Positions 61,629 to 64,000 of a DNA stretch of 64,000 bases are shown here, one piece after another. The translations under genes were made by a program, and so were the position numbers. Source of the DNA: Acidobacteriota bacterium (GTDB lineage: Bacteria > Acidobacteriota > UBA4820 > DSQY01); assembly GCA_049967655.1 (NCBI GenBank), contig JBMFSH010000001.1, positions 96,001-160,000 on the forward strand, in the 5' to 3' direction. A model generated the notes under the pieces. It was not told the origin of the DNA, ran no database searches, and was given only the letters and a program-made list of their open reading frames with translations. The first letter of the stretch is position 1; every line of letters begins with the position of its first letter.

Positions 61629-62681
61629 ATGAAGACAGCGGTCAAGCTGGCAACGGTCGGAGTAATGGTGGTCCTTACGGCGGCGTGCTGCCGAAAGGCG
61701 CCGAAGGAGGTGGGGGACGCCACGGCGGCCCTCAACGAAGCACAGAAGACCTGCACTCCTACCTACGCGGCCACTACCTTCCAAGATGCTCAATCCATGC
61801 TTAACAAGGCCAATGACCTGGTGGCCAACAAGAAGTGCCGGGACGCCAAGAAGGAGGCCCTGGCCGCTAGCGAAAAGATCAAGGAAGCTACTACGGAGGC
61901 CACTGCCGAACAGGCCAGGGCCCAGAAGGACGCCGAGGCGGCCATCGCCGCCGCCAAAGACGCCCTGAATGCGGCCGAGCAGGCCATCGGTGCTCAGAAC
62001 CAGCAGGCCTCGGCCACGAACCAGCACCTACAGGAGCTGAAGACCAAGGCCAGCCAGGCCTGCGCCCAGAACGAGGCGAACGAGATCACCTACAGCGTGG
62101 AGACCGCCCAGGTCTCTCCCGCGACCTACGATCAGGCCAAGGCCGCCTTCTCCGAGGCCGAGCGCTACATGGGCAACCCCTGCGATTACTACAAGGCCCG
62201 CGACGCCGCCAAGAACGCCATGGAGCTGGCCAACAAGGCCAAGAGCGAGGCCGATTCCGAGACGGCCAGCATCAAGGCGGAGGATGAGCGGAAGACCACC
62301 ATGGTCCAGGACCTGATCGCCAAGTGCAAGCCGCTCCACTACGTGGTGGTGAAGGGCGACTGCCTCTGGAAGATCTCCGCGAAGAACGACATCTACGCCA
62401 ACCCCTTCCTCTGGCCCCTCATCTGGGATGCGAACCGGGGGCTCATCAAGGACCACCCGGACCTCATCTACCCGAAGTGGGACCTGAAGATCAACCGTGA
62501 GTACACCGACGCCGACGCCAAGAAGGCGGAGAAGACGGCCCGCAACCACCACTGGGAGCCGCCGGCCCCGCCGGCCCCGAAGGCCCCTGAAAGCATGAAG
62601 ACGCAGCCCGAGGAGGCTCCCGCTCCGGCCCCCGCGCCCGCACCGGCTCCGGCCCCCGCGCCAGCCCCCGAGACCAAGTAA
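61629..62681 (+). CDS. Coiled-coil lipoprotein with C-terminal LysM domain
   Basis: LTAAC lipobox, Ala-rich helices, YVVVKGDCLWKIS..WPLIWDAN..PDLIYP LysM, (PA)n tail. Confidence 0.85.
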   Translation: MKTAVKLATVGVMVVLTAACCRKAPKEVGDATAALNEAQKTCTPTYAATTFQDAQSMLNKANDLVANKKCRDAKKEALAASEKIKEATTEATAEQARAQKDAEAAIAAAKDALNAAEQAIGAQNQQASATNQHLQELKTKASQACAQNEANEITYSVETAQVSPATYDQAKAAFSEAERYMGNPCDYYKARDAAKNAMELANKAKSEADSETASIKAEDERKTTMVQDLIAKCKPLHYVVVKGDCLWKISAKNDIYANPFLWPLIWDANRGLIKDHPDLIYPKWDLKINREYTDADAKKAEKTARNHHWEPPAPPAPKAPESMKTQPEEAPAPAPAPAPAPAPAPAPETK

Positions 62682-62689
62682 CTCACCCA

Positions 62690-62723
62690 GGGAGGCGGAG
62701 GGATTTCCCTCCGCCTCCCCTTT
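62690..62723 (+). terminator. Intrinsic terminator
   Basis: GGGAGGCGGAGGG-attt-CCCTCCGCCTCCC then CTTT, 8 bp after the stop. Confidence 0.75.
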
Positions 62724-62776
62724 CCCCGCGCCGGCGATCCGGCGGAGCCGCCTCGGACCGTGCCCTCCTCTCGCAG

Positions 62777-63757
62777 ATGCAGATGCCTGAAGATCCGATC
62801 CTGACCGCCGCGACGCACTCCCTCACCTACCCCGACGAATTTCTCCAGCAGATGCTGGGCGTGGAGCTTCGCAACGCCGAGTTCCTCGAACAGACCCTCG
62901 GCGTGCGCCTCTCCGCTCGGGGGGATTCGCTCTTCCTCGACGGTGATGAGGAGGCCGTGGCCGCCTGCCGGGACATCGTGGACCAGATCCTCAAGCTCTA
63001 CCAGGCGGGCATCCGCATCGGTGCCGGGGACCTCAGGACCGCCTGCACACTGAGGGCGGAGGGCTACCGGGGCGAACTCCTGGAGTTCTACCGCGAGGCA
63101 CGCATCCAGTGCGCGCACGGCCGCGTCGTCTTTCCCAAGGGCCTCAACCAGGGCCGCTACCTCCGCGCCATCCGGGAGAACGACGTGGTTTTCGGCATCG
63201 GCCCGGCGGGCACCGGCAAGACCTACCTCGCCGTGGCCATGGCCGTGGCGGCGCTCAAGGAGAAGCGGGTCAAGCGCATCATCCTGACCAGGCCGGCGGT
63301 GGAGGTGGGTGAGAAGCTTGGGTTTCTTCCCGGGGACATCGCGGAAAAGGTGAACCCCTACCTCAGACCCCTCTACGACGCCCTCTTCGATCTCATGGAG
63401 GCGGACCGGGTCTACAAATCCCTTGAAACGGGGATCCTGGAGATCGCGCCCATCGCCTTCATGCGGGGCCGGACCCTGAACGACTCCTTCATCATCCTGG
63501 ACGAAGCCCAGAACACGACCATAGACCAGATGAAGATGTTCCTCACGCGCCTCGGATTCAACTCCAAGACCGTCATCACGGGCGACGTGACCCAGATCGA
63601 CATCGATCCGGCGCGGAAATCGGGCCTTGTGGATGCGGCGGAGGTCCTCCGCTCGGTCCAGGGGCTGGCGTTCGTCACCTTCACGGAGCGGGACGTGGTG
63701 CGCCATCCGCTCGTGCAGGAGATCATCCGCGCCTACGACCGAGCCTCCGGCCGGTGA
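62777..63757 (+). CDS. phoH: PhoH-family ATPase (YbeZ-like)
   Basis: [54 protein letters not shown]. Confidence 0.93.
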   Translation: MQMPEDPILTAATHSLTYPDEFLQQMLGVELRNAEFLEQTLGVRLSARGDSLFLDGDEEAVAACRDIVDQILKLYQAGIRIGAGDLRTACTLRAEGYRGELLEFYREARIQCAHGRVVFPKGLNQGRYLRAIRENDVVFGIGPAGTGKTYLAVAMAVAALKEKRVKRIILTRPAVEVGEKLGFLPGDIAEKVNPYLRPLYDALFDLMEADRVYKSLETGILEIAPIAFMRGRTLNDSFIILDEAQNTTIDQMKMFLTRLGFNSKTVITGDVTQIDIDPARKSGLVDAAEVLRSVQGLAFVTFTERDVVRHPLVQEIIRAYDRASGR

Positions 63758-63813
63758 TGCGGGCGGGAATTCGAGGGTGGGGCGACCGTCTAGGCCTCCT
63801 CTCCGCCGCCTGC

Positions 63814-63997
63814 GGCCCCAATCCCGCGATGGAGGAGGGGAATAGCCGTGGAAGGCGCGACAGGTCACGCACGGCGGGAAAGGGTGTCACACCCACTGAG
63901 GGATTGGGGGCCATCGAGCCGAAGGCGAAGAGGGCGCCAAGGGAGAGGTGGGGCGAGGCCCCGCAGGGCAATCTCCCGAACCGTCGGGCTTGGCTCG
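63814..63997. other. Densely base-paired intergenic element (possible ncRNA or MITE), may be cut by the window edge
   Basis: Six nested stems found by eye; no family recognised. Confidence 0.35.
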
Positions 63998-64000
63998 CGG

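Noticed and set aside
62613..62670. Tandem DNA repeat
   Set aside because: It encodes the (Pro-Ala)n tail of the LysM lipoprotein with varied synonymous codons
63915..63980. Glycine riboswitch (GCCGAAGG, GGAGAG, AATCTC words)
   Set aside because: The elements are in the wrong order and CTCAGG is missing

Overview
GC-rich bacterial chromosomal window, almost fully coding and mostly + strand. Gene content and order (lepA, pheST with a shortened PheT, zapB-zapA-rny-ymdB, yicC-gmk-rpoZ, phoH, sulfatase-TPR fusion, multiheme cytochrome c/b) suggest an Acidobacteriota- or deltaproteobacteria-like organism (inference). I see no tRNA, rRNA, CRISPR array, transposase or phage gene. Main unusual observations: (1) an operon of a catalytically degenerate PilB/GspE-like ATPase, a tandem Sm-like small protein and a TPR-fused Clp/Hsp100 with a degenerate first AAA+ ring; (2) a DUF374-like acyltransferase gene split by a -1 frame change at an A9 run, whose restored C-terminus overlaps the start of yicC-gmk-rpoZ; (3) a chemoreceptor with no extracellular sensor but a C-terminal, apparently cytoplasmic, family-5 solute-binding domain; (4) an RNase Y with both catalytic Asp replaced by Glu; (5) further intact 'pseudoenzymes' (dehydratase homologue lacking Fe-S cysteines, serine-less alpha/beta hydrolase); (6) a sigma-54 two-component plus lipoprotein module facing a sigma-54 promoter of a coiled-coil lipoprotein; (7) an 11-heme CbcL-like cytochrome. 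Family assignments come from motif recognition by eye; no searches were run.
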